Shown piece by piece: positions 1-9,922 of a stretch of DNA of 64,000 nucleotides. The notes beneath the pieces were generated by a model that worked only from the letters and a program-made list of their open reading frames with translations, was not told the origin of the DNA and made no database searches. Positions within the stretch are counted from its first letter, which is position 1; each line of letters opens with the position of its first letter. The position numbers and the translations under genes were made by a program. This stretch comes from Amylibacter sp. (GTDB lineage: Bacteria > Pseudomonadota > Alphaproteobacteria > Rhodobacterales > Rhodobacteraceae): contig JAJFHZ010000025.1 in assembly GCA_021775355.1 (NCBI GenBank), positions 6,698 to 70,697 on the forward strand. Direction: 5' to 3'.

Positions 1-101
1 TAAATTTTCTGTAAAAATCAACCTTGAATGTATTTATAATGCGTGAGTGTTGACACGCTTTCAATACCGTGATAAGTCTCACGCAATAATGTGAGTGCAA
101 A

Positions 102-671
102 ATGAAATATAACATAAATACGATAAGTCATGAATTCTCACCCAAAGAAGCAGCAAGAGTATCTGACGTTTCTACTGCTCTTCAACGAGATTGGCGTCGA
201 CGCGGCATATTACCAAAACGGCAAGGCGGTACGTGGTCAACCTTCAGTTTGGATGATGTTATCGAAATGACAGCTATGCGAGCATTTTCGAAAAGCGGCC
301 TATCCTTAGAAGCTTCAGAAAATATCGCTGGATTGGCTGTATTGCCAGTCATCGCAACACTTAGTCGTTGGGATGATACGGCTGTATTTGAAGGTGATAA
401 ATTGAATGAAGATCAAATGGCAAGAGTGCGTTCTAGTGCTGTTGTTGGTGCTTCAGAAGATGATCAATTCAGTTTTGTTGCTCTCCCTGAAAAGGTACAT
501 GGGTCAAGTGCAGCTAGATTAAAAAATCTAGCCGATGGTGAAATGATCATGAGCCGTAACAAAAGCTTTCATGCAATTGTACTAGACCATGTCGGGTTAG
601 CCCACCACATTGCAAATAACTCACCGCTTCCACTAATTCGCTATATCGTTGAGGTCACAGAAGATGGCTAG
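102..671 (+). CDS. Hypothetical island protein with an N-terminal MerR/excisionase-like helix-turn-helix
   Basis: 189-aa ORF. The N-terminus FSPKEAARVSDVSTALQRDWRRRGILP resembles a MerR-superfamily HTH. GTGAG-type repeats lie at 41-49, 77-84 (inverted) and 91-98 just upstream. Confidence 0.5.
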   Translation: MKYNINTISHEFSPKEAARVSDVSTALQRDWRRRGILPKRQGGTWSTFSLDDVIEMTAMRAFSKSGLSLEASENIAGLAVLPVIATLSRWDDTAVFEGDKLNEDQMARVRSSAVVGASEDDQFSFVALPEKVHGSSAARLKNLADGEMIMSRNKSFHAIVLDHVGLAHHIANNSPLPLIRYIVEVTEDG

Positions 672-837
672 TCCTAGAGCAACAGTAACCCAAGCAGAAT
701 TGACCCGGTACCTAAAAGCGTACCGTGATGCTGGTATTCCTGTGGCTCGCACCGAGATTGGCAGGGATGGCAAGGTAATTATTTTCACCATTGATAATCA
801 AAAAGATACTACAAAAAATGAATGGGATACACCATGA
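664..837 (+). CDS. Small hypothetical island protein (possible directionality factor)
   Basis: In-frame ATG at 664 follows a GAGG motif. The ORF overlaps the upstream gene end and the integrase start. No family was recognised. Confidence 0.4.
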   Translation: MASPRATVTQAELTRYLKAYRDAGIPVARTEIGRDGKVIIFTIDNQKDTTKNEWDTP

Positions 838-1949
838 AACATAAACGGCAATTTCCCAATACATCATCATACAACGACAGGCACGGCAAACGCCGCTGGC
901 GTTATCGCAAAGGTGCCTTTTCCGCGGAGTTAGGTTCTGCATATGGTTCACAAGAATTTATTGAACGCTATGAAGCCGCTAAAGAAGGCCACCGTACGCG
1001 CGGATTAATTGGCGCGGATCGTACAATACCGAGATCATTCTCTGCACTTGTTGCAAGCTACTATAAGTCAGCAGAATTTCTGGCATTGGAAAGCAGCACC
1101 AAGAAGAACTATCGTGGGATCATAGAGCGTCTTAGGCGTGAACACGGGAACAAACGTGTTAGCCATCTTGAACGCCGCCATATTGCAAATATGATGGCTG
1201 ATCGCTCTGACACACCAAATGCTGCAAACAATATGCGTAAGCGGCTTGCACAGTTATTGGATCACGCCATTCTATTAGATTGGCGCATAGATAACCCCGC
1301 AAAAAATGTGAAGCCGTACAAAATTGACAACAAAGGCTTCCACACTTGGGATGAAGGCGAAATCAAACAGTTCTTTGGCTATCATGGGCCTGAAACGATA
1401 CCGCACCGAGCGGTTGGCCTTATGCTTTACACAGGCGCGGCGCGCGCCGATGTAGTGAAAATGGGTTGGGGAAACATAAAAAACGGCAGGATTGAATACA
1501 GACGGCAGAAAACAATCAAAAGCAGTGGCGTCCCGATTAGTAGTCCCATCCATCCAGATTTGCAGGTGATTTTAGAAAATTGCCCGAAAGATATTTTCAC
1601 TTTTTTGGAAACATCACACGGCAAATCAAGGACAGCCGAAGGCTTTGGAAATGCGATGCGCGGCTGGTGCAATGAAGCTGGTTTAAAAAACTGTACGGCA
1701 CACGGGCTACGCAAGGCTTGTGCGCGGCGTCTGGCCGAAGCTGGTGCAACCCCGCATGAAATTCAGTCAATCACAGGACACAAAACGCTGTCAGAGGTCG
1801 ACAGATACACCAAAGAAGCAAACCGTGAAAACCTTGCTAATTCAGCATCAATGAAACTGGAAAACAGCCTAAACCAAGAACAAACCTTGGTGAACCTTTC
1901 AAATAGGTTCGCCAACAAGCCGCCTAAGCAGCTGAAAAGGAGTGATTAA
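822..1949 (+). CDS. Tyrosine-type site-specific integrase
   Basis: 375 aa. The C-terminal catalytic region reads HGLRKACARRLAEAGATPHEIQSITGHKTLSEVDRYT (H-x-x-R ... H ... Y). The gene is adjacent to a tRNA. Confidence 0.9.
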   Translation: MGYTMKHKRQFPNTSSYNDRHGKRRWRYRKGAFSAELGSAYGSQEFIERYEAAKEGHRTRGLIGADRTIPRSFSALVASYYKSAEFLALESSTKKNYRGIIERLRREHGNKRVSHLERRHIANMMADRSDTPNAANNMRKRLAQLLDHAILLDWRIDNPAKNVKPYKIDNKGFHTWDEGEIKQFFGYHGPETIPHRAVGLMLYTGAARADVVKMGWGNIKNGRIEYRRQKTIKSSGVPISSPIHPDLQVILENCPKDIFTFLETSHGKSRTAEGFGNAMRGWCNEAGLKNCTAHGLRKACARRLAEAGATPHEIQSITGHKTLSEVDRYTKEANRENLANSASMKLENSLNQEQTLVNLSNRFANKPPKQLKRSD

Positions 1950-1959
1950 ATTATGGTAG

Positions 1960-2036
<77 letters not shown>

Positions 2037-2041
2037 TTTTA

Positions 2042-2353
2042 TCAATGTGTCCAAACACCACGTCTGTTGGTCGCAAAGTTTTCGCCGTATCCGCCCATAC
2101 GCACATTCGCTTTGCGTTTATGGGGTTCAGCCACCGTATAAGCAATACCTTTGCCCGTAGCATAGTCAATCGCCGCATCCTTACTGTCAAAACTCAGCTT
2201 CACTTGTGCATTCATGTCACCTGACCCGGTCCAACCCATCAACGGGTCAACTTCACGGGCCTCTGACGGAGCAAACTCCAAAATCCAAGTCTTGGTTTTG
2301 GCCTGGCCGGATTGCATTGCATTACGTGCAGGTTGATAAATACGGGCGAGCAT
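2042..2353 (-). CDS. ETC complex I subunit conserved-region protein (NDUFS4-like)
   Basis: MLARIYQPARNAMQSGQAKTKTWILEF...DPLMGWTGSGD is the characteristic alphaproteobacterial NDUFS4-like sequence. The start is set at the internal Met. Confidence 0.8.
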   Translation of the reverse strand: MLARIYQPARNAMQSGQAKTKTWILEFAPSEAREVDPLMGWTGSGDMNAQVKLSFDSKDAAIDYATGKGIAYTVAEPHKRKANVRMGGYGENFATNRRGVWTH

Positions 2354-2690
2354 GGGTGTAACCTCAAACAAATAGCTTACCCGCTTATCGCCAAAACTGA
2401 CGAAAGGCGCAAGCCTCTCTCCACATTAACCGCCGATTTTTTGGAAAATATGGTTGCCAACCGGGTATGTAAGAGCGAGGGGTGGGTGGTCTACATATCC
2501 GGTTGGCAACCAATCTTGCTGCTTGCCCATCAATCTTAATATAGTGTTCAGAGGGAATGCAATGCAAATATTCGTTAAAGTTGCATAAAATATATTTAAT
2601 CAACTTTAATAACATTTGCTTTACTTTCAAACCAGCCTTGAACTTTTCTTAAAACGCTTCATGTTCTAATCAAAGGAACCGTGCCATAAA

Positions 2691-4877
2691 ATGCCTCAAA
2701 CCTCACCGCCTCTGCTGAACACACCAGACCGCCATGCCAAAGCCAAACTGGAAGGCGGGCAAAAATTTGTTATGCATACGGAATTTGACCCCGCAGGCGA
2801 TCAACCCACTGCGATTGCGGAACTTGTCGGGGCCATCAATGAAGGTGAACGCAATCAAGTGCTATTGGGGGCCACAGGCACGGGCAAAACCTTCACCATG
2901 GCAAAAGTGATAGCAGAAACTCAGTGCCCCGCAATTATTCTTGCCCCAAACAAAACTCTGGCGGCCCAGCTCTACGCCGAATTCCTAAATTTCTTCCCTG
3001 AAAACGCGGTCGAATATTTCGTCAGCTATTACGATTATTACCAACCCGAAGCTTACGTTGCCCGTTCCGACACTTACATCGAAAAAGAAAGCCAAATTAA
3101 CGAACAGATCGACCGCATGCGCCATTCCGCCACCCGCGCACTGCTGGAACGCGATGACGTCATCATCGTGGCATCGGTATCGTGTATTTACGGTATCGGC
3201 TCTGTGGAAACCTATACCGCGATGACCCAAGACCTGATTGCTGGGCAAGAATACGACCAGCGCAAAATTATCGCAGATCTGGTTACGCAACAATACCGCC
3301 GGAACGATCAGGCGTTTCAGCGCGGCTCATTCCGCGTGCGCGGCGACACGCTAGAGGTTTGGCCCGCTCACCTTGATGATCGCGGCTGGCGGTTTTCATT
3401 CTTTGGCGAAGATCTGGAAAATATCACCGAATTTGACACACTTACAGGTGCCAAAACCGATATGCTGGAAAAGGTACGCATTTATGCCAATTCCCACTAC
3501 GTCACCCCCCGCCCGACTATGCAGCAAGCAATCAAAGGCATCAAAGCCGAATTGGAAGTCCGCACCAAACAGTTCCGCAACGAAGGCAAGTTGCTGGAAG
3601 CCCAACGCATTGAACAACGCACCCGGTTCGATCTGGAAATGTTAGAGGCCACAGGCGTATGCAGCGGCATCGAAAATTACTCGCGTTACCTGACGGGCCG
3701 TGCCCCCGGCGAGCCACCGCCCACCCTATTTGAATACATCCCCGACAATGCCATCGTGTTCGCGGACGAAAGCCACGTTTCCATCCCACAGATAGGCGGC
3801 ATGTATAAAGGTGACTACAGACGCAAATCCACACTCGCAGAACACGGGTTCCGCTTGCCGTCCTGCACAGATAACCGACCGTTGAAATTCGAAGAATGGG
3901 ATGCGATGCGCCCGCGATCCATATTTGTTTCCGCCACCCCGCAAAAATGGGAGCTGGAACAGGCGGGCGGCGTTTTTGCAGAGCAAGTCATCCGCCCCAC
4001 AGGGCTGTTGGACCCCCCCGTAGAAATCCGCCCCGTCACCACACAAGTGGACGACCTGCTGGATGAAATCCGCAAAGTCGCCGCACAGGGCAATCGTGTA
4101 CTTGTCACCACGCTTACCAAACGCATGGCCGAAGACCTAACCGAATACCTGCACGAGCAGGGTATCCGCGTGCGCTACATGCATTCCGACATCGATACGA
4201 TTGAGCGCATCGAAATTCTGCGCGACTTACGACTTGGTGCGTTTGATGTCTTGATCGGTATCAACCTGTTGCGCGAGGGTCTGGACATCCCCGAATGTTC
4301 GCTTGTCGCCATATTGGATGCCGACAAAGAGGGCTTCTTGCGCTCTGAAACCTCACTTGTACAAACCATCGGCCGTGCCGCCCGCAACGCGGACGGCCGC
4401 GTGATCATGTATGCTGATCGCATCACCGGCAGCATGGAACGCGCATTGGGCGAAACCAATCGCCGCCGTGAAAAGCAACACGCCTATAATGTGGAACACG
4501 GCATCACCCCGACCACGATCAAAAAGAACGTCGAAGACGTGCTGGAAGGTGTATTCAAAGCCGATACCGACCAATCCCGTGTCACCGCCAAGATCGACAA
4601 AAAACCGTTGGCAGGCGCCAACCTGCAAGCACATTTAAACGGCTTGCGTAAAGATATGTTCAAGGCCGCCGAAAATCTGGAATTCGAAGAAGCCGCCCGT
4701 ATCCGCGACGAAGTCAAACGCCTTGAAACCGTAGAATTGACCATCGCCAATGACCCGCTAGCACGTCAATACGTGGTCGACGCTGCCGTCGAAGACGCCA
4801 AGAAAAGGGGCGGTCGCAGTACGGGTGGTAAGGGTGGAACACGAGCTTGGCGGGGGAAGAGTACGCGGAAGTTTTAA
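2691..4877 (+). CDS. uvrB: Excinuclease ABC subunit B
   Basis: 728 aa. Walker [10 protein letters not shown], helicase motifs, and a C-terminal UVR domain [11 protein letters not shown]. Confidence 0.97.
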   Translation: MPQTSPPLLNTPDRHAKAKLEGGQKFVMHTEFDPAGDQPTAIAELVGAINEGERNQVLLGATGTGKTFTMAKVIAETQCPAIILAPNKTLAAQLYAEFLNFFPENAVEYFVSYYDYYQPEAYVARSDTYIEKESQINEQIDRMRHSATRALLERDDVIIVASVSCIYGIGSVETYTAMTQDLIAGQEYDQRKIIADLVTQQYRRNDQAFQRGSFRVRGDTLEVWPAHLDDRGWRFSFFGEDLENITEFDTLTGAKTDMLEKVRIYANSHYVTPRPTMQQAIKGIKAELEVRTKQFRNEGKLLEAQRIEQRTRFDLEMLEATGVCSGIENYSRYLTGRAPGEPPPTLFEYIPDNAIVFADESHVSIPQIGGMYKGDYRRKSTLAEHGFRLPSCTDNRPLKFEEWDAMRPRSIFVSATPQKWELEQAGGVFAEQVIRPTGLLDPPVEIRPVTTQVDDLLDEIRKVAAQGNRVLVTTLTKRMAEDLTEYLHEQGIRVRYMHSDIDTIERIEILRDLRLGAFDVLIGINLLREGLDIPECSLVAILDADKEGFLRSETSLVQTIGRAARNADGRVIMYADRITGSMERALGETNRRREKQHAYNVEHGITPTTIKKNVEDVLEGVFKADTDQSRVTAKIDKKPLAGANLQAHLNGLRKDMFKAAENLEFEEAARIRDEVKRLETVELTIANDPLARQYVVDAAVEDAKKRGGRSTGGKGGTRAWRGKSTRKF

Positions 4878-5015
4878 GAAACAACCCCTCCCCCTTCCAA
4901 ATGGTCCCAAATATCCTTCGCCTTTGGCACCCCGCCTTCACACCACCACCTTGATCTCGATCAAAGCTGAAAGCATCCTTTTCGATATAGGCTTCCATGA
5001 AAGAAGGAGAATAAA

Positions 5016-5339
5016 ATGACAGACTGGACCGCGCAAAAACAGATTCTAGAAGCCCGCCTTCAAGAGTTGGATAAAAACCTGCACAAAATCGAAGACAGGT
5101 TGGAAGAGCCACACACCAAAGATTTGGAAGACTTTTCAATCGAAACAGAAGATACCGAAGTGATGGAAAGTCTTGGCAATGCCGGTCTGAAAGAGATTGA
5201 AATGATCAATGCTGCCCTACAGCGCATTAAAGACGGTACTTACGGTGAATGCCAGAAATGCGGTGATGACATCCTGCCTGAACGGCTGGCCGTCGTTCCT
5301 TTCACGCCATTGTGTCGAAACTGCGCCAGAGAGGTTTGA
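5016..5339 (+). CDS. DksA/TraR family C4-type zinc-finger protein
   Basis: 107 aa with CQKCGDDI...PLCRNC four-Cys finger after a coiled-coil-like N-terminus. Confidence 0.8.
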   Translation: MTDWTAQKQILEARLQELDKNLHKIEDRLEEPHTKDLEDFSIETEDTEVMESLGNAGLKEIEMINAALQRIKDGTYGECQKCGDDILPERLAVVPFTPLCRNCAREV

Positions 5340-5343
5340 TCCA

Positions 5344-5541
5344 ATGTCCTTTGAAGACCTGAAAGCGTCTATTTACCTGCTGCTAGAAGAAATGACTGAA
5401 CAACCCGAAGACATGCACCAGTTGCAAGAACAGTTAAGGGAAAAAATTGCCGAATTCCGGGCCCTCGGTCTGCCCGTCCCTGAAGATTTCATTCAGGCCG
5501 AGCAGGATTTACGCAATGATTTAAATCCGCCTAAAACGTAG
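5344..5541 (+). CDS. Small acidic hypothetical protein
   Basis: ATG at 5344 lies 5 nt after the dksA-like stop, in frame with track ORF 5209..5541. No family was recognised. Confidence 0.4.
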   Translation: MSFEDLKASIYLLLEEMTEQPEDMHQLQEQLREKIAEFRALGLPVPEDFIQAEQDLRNDLNPPKT

Positions 5542-5848
5542 CGGCAACCTCGTACATCACAGGTTCGAAACCTTTGCACATTTCATTGATGATGCGGTTG
5601 CGTTTGCGCATCTCATCCGTGCGCAACATAGCTTGAAAATCCTTGCGATCTTGCCATTGGGAATAGTTTGCAATCCGGGTTTGCGCGTCATTCACATGCA
5701 GCCCAGCCGCAATAAACCCCGGCTGTTTGCTGATCACATCGCGATACGCATCCGTCAACGCATCCAACATATCCTGACAGGTCCCCGGCGTTACCTCAAA
5801 GGTTGTCAAAACGGTTTGCGATGTCGTGTCTGTAGAAATATGTAGCAT
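5531..5848 (-). CDS. Antibiotic-biosynthesis-monooxygenase (ABM)-like small protein
   Basis: 105 aa. The pattern TFEV...FIAAGLHVNDAQTRIANYSQWQDRKDF matches the ferredoxin-like ABM fold. Confidence 0.6.
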   Translation of the reverse strand: MLHISTDTTSQTVLTTFEVTPGTCQDMLDALTDAYRDVISKQPGFIAAGLHVNDAQTRIANYSQWQDRKDFQAMLRTDEMRKRNRIINEMCKGFEPVMYEVAATF

Positions 5849-5902
5849 AGGGCAGCCTCCTGCATCACAGTCTAGCAGCCCAATACCAATCCCGAAAGAC
5901 GT

Positions 5903-6310
5903 TTAACGCAAAACATGCACAGCGCAAGTCGCATGGCGTACAACGCGTGCAGCGGTTGAGCCTAAAAAGTAATCCTGATACCCGGGGCGGTGAGATGCTA
6001 CAATGATGCAGTCGATTTCATTCTTTTCCGCATAATCCAGAATACTGTTCGCAGAATGGCCCACGATCACGTCAATATTCGTATTTCTATGCCCATCGGC
6101 GTCTTCTTGCAGTTTAACCTTGGCATCGACCACATTCTTGGTCATCTGGTCGTCGGGCAGTTGTTGCGCAATATAAGGCGGTATAAATTCCACAATAGAC
6201 AATAATGTAATCTTACTGTCTTTGTCGCGAATGACTTCAGCCAGATCAATAGCCGCTTTCGTATCGCGCTGATGGTCCGGTGCAATCGGGATGAGAATTG
6301 ATTTATACAT
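5903..6310 (-). CDS. Universal stress protein
   Basis: 135 aa, YKSILIPI...IDCIIVASHRPG...LGSTAARVVRHATCAVHVLR, a typical UspA domain. Confidence 0.85.
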   Translation of the reverse strand: MYKSILIPIAPDHQRDTKAAIDLAEVIRDKDSKITLLSIVEFIPPYIAQQLPDDQMTKNVVDAKVKLQEDADGHRNTNIDVIVGHSANSILDYAEKNEIDCIIVASHRPGYQDYFLGSTAARVVRHATCAVHVLR

Positions 6311-6361
6311 AAGATCCTCCTTTTCATTGATTTTAATATAAAGGGCCAGAAACAGTGCGCT

Positions 6362-6375
6362 TTGATCTAAATCAT
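6362..6375. promoter_or_regulatory. FNR/FixK-like box TTGATCTAAATCAT upstream of the USP gene
   Basis: One mismatch to TTGAT-N4-ATCAA. Centred about 58 nt upstream of the USP start codon at 6310. Confidence 0.4.
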
Positions 6376-6514
6376 ATTTTGCACATGCAGGTTTTAATAT
6401 TGACTGTCAGGCCCATTCGCTAGAAACTGCGTCCAAGGGGACGCGCGAACACCCCGTGAGGCGACAGCCCAAGTTTCGTATCCATGAACCTCTGATACAA
6501 AGGAAGGATGCGCT

Positions 6515-7330
6515 ATGCCTGCACCAACTGAAATTACCCCTCAACAACTTTCCCGCCTTATCGGCACACCTGAATGCCCGATCCTGGTCGATGTCTGTAT
6601 CGACGAAGATTTCAACCAAGATCCGCGTATAATTCCCGGCGCACGCCGCTATCCATTCGACAGGATCGCAGATTTAGCGCCAGAACTTTTGGGCGCGAAA
6701 GTTATCGTAATGTGTCACAGGGGCTTGAAGCTTTCCCAAGGGGCAGCCGCATTATTACGTCACCACGGGATTGCATGCGAAACTGTTCAGGGCGGCATTG
6801 TTGCTTGGCGCAAAGCGGGCCTGTCGATGGTTCCCGCCGATAAAATCCCGATGCAAAAGGACGGTAGCACCCTTTGGGTCACGCGCCACCGTCCTAAAAT
6901 TGATCGCATCGCCTGCCCTTGGCTGATCCGCCGCTTTGTCGACCCGCGCGCTAAATTCCTTTTTGTATCTTCCTCACAAGTCATTAACGTGGCTGAAAAA
7001 TTCAACGCCACACCGTTTGATGTCGAAGATTGTTTTTGGACACACCGCAATGACCAATGTACCTTTGACACAATGATCGACGAATTCGGATTAAACACCG
7101 AACCTCTTCATAGGCTTGCCGCCATAGTACGCGGTGCAGACACAGACAGGCATGATCTTGCCCCCGAAGCCGCGGGTTTATTGGCCGTGTCACTCGGCTT
7201 GTCACGTATATACCGTGATGATCTCGCACAACTTAAAGCGGGGATTGGCGTTTATGACGCTTTTTACCGCTGGGCGCGAGATGCATCGGATGAAAGTCAT
7301 AACTGGCCCGCAACAAGTGCAAAAGGATAG
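6515..7330 (+). CDS. Rhodanese domain fused to a ChrB C-terminal (chromate resistance) domain
   Basis: N-terminal rhodanese-like region with CHRGLKLS active-site loop. C-terminal WVTRHRPKIDRIACPWLIRRFVDPRAKFLFV is typical of ChrB-C. Directly precedes chrA. Confidence 0.75.
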   Translation: MPAPTEITPQQLSRLIGTPECPILVDVCIDEDFNQDPRIIPGARRYPFDRIADLAPELLGAKVIVMCHRGLKLSQGAAALLRHHGIACETVQGGIVAWRKAGLSMVPADKIPMQKDGSTLWVTRHRPKIDRIACPWLIRRFVDPRAKFLFVSSSQVINVAEKFNATPFDVEDCFWTHRNDQCTFDTMIDEFGLNTEPLHRLAAIVRGADTDRHDLAPEAAGLLAVSLGLSRIYRDDLAQLKAGIGVYDAFYRWARDASDESHNWPATSAKG

Positions 7331-8604
7331 TGACCATGTCCGATACAAAACCAACACTTTCCCAAGCCTTTCGCGTCTGGGCCAAAATAGGCATCTTATC
7401 ATTCGGCGGCCCCGCTGCCCAAATCGCTATGATGCACCGCGAAGTTGTCGACGATAAAAAATGGCTTAGTGAAAAACAATTCCTGAATGCCCTTAGCTTT
7501 TGCATGTTACTGCCGGGGCCAGAGGCCATGCAGCTTGCCACCTACACAGGCTGGCGCCTGAACGGCACAATCGGGGGGCTGATTGCAGGCCTTTTGTTTG
7601 TCATTCCCGGTGCCATTGTCATCCTGGCACTTGCCACACTCTACGTTTACCTTGGTAAGGTCCCCATCGTCTCAGCCCTATTCCTAGGCGTCAAAGCAAC
7701 CGTTGTCGTGATCGTTATCGAGGCCCTGTTACGGGTCTCTGCAAAAGCCCTGAAACGCACGGATCATTGGGTTATCGCAGCCCTTGCTTTCATCGGTATC
7801 TTCTTTCTTGGTATCCCCTACCCGCTGATAGTTCTGATTGCCGCTATTTATGGTCTGTTCTTCAACGATACATCCCTAGAAACAGGTGCCGCAGTCAAAC
7901 ACCATCAACCTTTCACTAAAACCCTTACAACCATCTTTCTGTGGTTGGCAATCTGGTGGCTGCCTATCCTGATCCTTGATATGGTCACAGAACACAGCAT
8001 TCTAAAGGAAATTGCCGCTTTCTTTTCAAAACTGGCCGTCGTCACCTTCGGCGGGGCTTATGCAGTCCTTGCTTATATGGCGCAAGACGTAGTCATTCTC
8101 AAAGGCTGGCTTAGTGCCGACCAAATGATGGATGGCTTGGGGTTGGCCGAAACCACCCCCGGCCCGCTGATCCTTGTGACCCAGTTCGTCGGCTTCCTTG
8201 CAGGTTTCGCCAGCGGTGGTTGGTGGCTTGGCCTAACCGCCGCCATCGTCACACTTTGGGTTACATTCACACCTTGTTTCCTGTGGATATTTGCAGGCGC
8301 GCCCTACATCGACTGGATCGGCACCCAACCACGCCTGCGCGGGGCATTAAACGCGATCACCGCCGCCGTTGTCGGCGTTATACTTAACCTGTCGATCTGG
8401 TTTGCATTGCATGTTTTTTTTGACATTGTAGAACCCATAAAACATGGCCCTTTAACCCTTTGGCAGCCTGCACTGGCATCCATCAACCCAACTGTAGTCG
8501 CCCTTGCCATTCTGTCTGGATACCTTCTGCTGAAACGTCACTGGAATATAGTGCTGGTACTGTTTTTATCCGCTTTACTGGCGTTGGGAATTGCACAAAT
8601 TTAA
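7330..8604 (+). CDS. chrA: Chromate ion transporter (CHR family)
   Basis: 424 aa polytopic protein. SFGGPAAQIAMMH...LPGPEAMQLATYTG is repeated in the second half (VTFGGAYAV...TPGPLILV). The start is either GTG at 7330 or ATG at 7336. Confidence 0.9.
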   Translation: MTMSDTKPTLSQAFRVWAKIGILSFGGPAAQIAMMHREVVDDKKWLSEKQFLNALSFCMLLPGPEAMQLATYTGWRLNGTIGGLIAGLLFVIPGAIVILALATLYVYLGKVPIVSALFLGVKATVVVIVIEALLRVSAKALKRTDHWVIAALAFIGIFFLGIPYPLIVLIAAIYGLFFNDTSLETGAAVKHHQPFTKTLTTIFLWLAIWWLPILILDMVTEHSILKEIAAFFSKLAVVTFGGAYAVLAYMAQDVVILKGWLSADQMMDGLGLAETTPGPLILVTQFVGFLAGFASGGWWLGLTAAIVTLWVTFTPCFLWIFAGAPYIDWIGTQPRLRGALNAITAAVVGVILNLSIWFALHVFFDIVEPIKHGPLTLWQPALASINPTVVALAILSGYLLLKRHWNIVLVLFLSALLALGIAQI

Positions 8605-8643
8605 CAATTTGGCCAAATGGGGCTTTGCAGTTACATTTCAGAC

Positions 8644-9135
8644 ATGTCCAAAGAAACCCCGCTTATACGCCCTACTAATGACGAAGCCCGCCACATTGCC
8701 CGCGGCCTGATCCAACACGCGCATTTCGGCGCGCTCGCGGTTTTGCATCCCAATACGGGCCTACCCCATGTCACTCGCATCGCAGTCGGTACGAACTCGG
8801 AAAATATACCCCTAACACTGATCTCAAACCTGTCATTCCATACCACCGCACTACACAATAACCCGTATTGTTCCCTGCTTTTAGGTGAACCAACAATCAA
8901 AGGCGACCCGCTGACACATCCGCGCATCACCTTAACATGCAAAGCCGGTTTTGTGCCGCGCAATACGCCAGAACACACCCAAATCCGCAAACATTACTTA
9001 AGCCATCAACCAAAAGCCAAACTCTATATAGATTTTGCAGATTTCAATTTTGTGCTACTCAATATCCAAACCGCCAACCTGAACGGCGGTTTTGGCAAAG
9101 CATATGATCTGTCAGCCGAAGATTGCAAACCATAA
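8644..9135 (+). CDS. Pyridoxamine 5'-phosphate oxidase-related / HugZ-like FMN-binding family protein
   Basis: ARHIARGLIQHAHFGALAVLHP...PHVTRIAV matches the split-barrel family pattern. The start is set at Met 8644. Confidence 0.6.
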   Translation: MSKETPLIRPTNDEARHIARGLIQHAHFGALAVLHPNTGLPHVTRIAVGTNSENIPLTLISNLSFHTTALHNNPYCSLLLGEPTIKGDPLTHPRITLTCKAGFVPRNTPEHTQIRKHYLSHQPKAKLYIDFADFNFVLLNIQTANLNGGFGKAYDLSAEDCKP

Positions 9136-9148
9136 AGGAAACAGGCCA

Positions 9149-9826
9149 ATGAAACTTATCACAGCAATCCTGATATCCCTCATGTTATTCCCGACACTCG
9201 GCCTAGCTCAAAATCCGATTGCCTGGCCTGCCGATGAAGCGACAAAAGATCCGTCCTTTCTAACTTATCGCAACGCCATGCTTGAAACCATCAAAACGCA
9301 GGATACCGAAGCTCTCTTGAAGTTTGTCGATCCCAATGTTCATCTCAGTTTTGGCGGTGACGTCGGCCACGATGCCATGCGCAGAAGCCTGAACCTTTCA
9401 GAGGATGACCTGTCCGAAGAATATAAATCACAAGCCACTGAATTGCGCCAAGCTTATTGGAATGAATTGGAAACGGTTCTCAGACTTGGCGGGCGTTTCA
9501 GGGATCGTGCTTTCGTTGCCCCATACACATGGATGGCAAAAACACCAGAAGGCGCGGATGCCTATAAAACCTATTTCGTAACAGGCTCAAACGTTTTATT
9601 GCGCAGTGCAGGAAATGCAGACGCACCTATCATCACCCGCCTGTCCTATAATATTGTCTATAACGACGACTGGGATCCAGACGCTGATTATCAAGCCATT
9701 CGCCTACCCGACGGTCAGACAGGTTACCTGAGCAGTCAATATCTGCGCTCGCAAATCGATTACCGCGCGATTTTTTCAAAAGTAAGCGGTAAATGGGAAA
9801 TGACAATGTTCATTGCCGGTGATTAA
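9149..9826 (+). CDS. Secreted hypothetical protein with an SH3b-like segment
   Basis: Signal peptide MKLITAILISLMLFPTLGLAQ. The internal segment VTGSNVLLRSAGNADAPIITRL resembles bacterial SH3. Confidence 0.55.
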   Translation: MKLITAILISLMLFPTLGLAQNPIAWPADEATKDPSFLTYRNAMLETIKTQDTEALLKFVDPNVHLSFGGDVGHDAMRRSLNLSEDDLSEEYKSQATELRQAYWNELETVLRLGGRFRDRAFVAPYTWMAKTPEGADAYKTYFVTGSNVLLRSAGNADAPIITRLSYNIVYNDDWDPDADYQAIRLPDGQTGYLSSQYLRSQIDYRAIFSKVSGKWEMTMFIAGD

Positions 9827-9922
9827 AGCATTTCGGGGTAGCTTGAATTGTTATAGGTCTGTACACATTGCTGAAATATTTTGTACAAACCTGTAAACCT
9901 TTCAAACGAGTTCCAAATATAT

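Larger units (their letters stand above)
1..1959. mobile_element. Right end of an integrative element inserted at the 3' end of tRNA-Arg(UCU); continues left of the window
   Basis: The tyrosine integrase gene ends 10 nt from the tRNA 3' end. It is preceded by two small overlapping ORFs typical of an integrase/regulator module. The left boundary cannot be seen in this window. Confidence 0.7.

Noticed and set aside
2640-2679. Possible LexA (SOS) box upstream of uvrB
   Set aside because: Only GAAC-N8-AAAC and an inverted GTTC-N9-GAAC are present. Neither fits the alphaproteobacterial direct repeat GTTC-N7-GTTC (GAAC-N7-GAAC).
2985-4750. Numerous 60-110 aa ORFs antisense to or out of frame within uvrB (for example 2985..3293, 3726..4046, 4175..4459)
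   Set aside because: They lie entirely inside a confidently identified 728-aa gene. They show no recognisable motifs and have the Arg/Ser/Cys-rich composition typical of off-frame translation. Shadow ORFs inside ettA, dnaX, lysK, nadB, the yej genes and others were dismissed for the same reason.
4714-5139. 141-aa minus-strand ORF spanning the uvrB end and the dksA-like start
   Set aside because: It overlaps two well-supported plus-strand genes and has no motif support.
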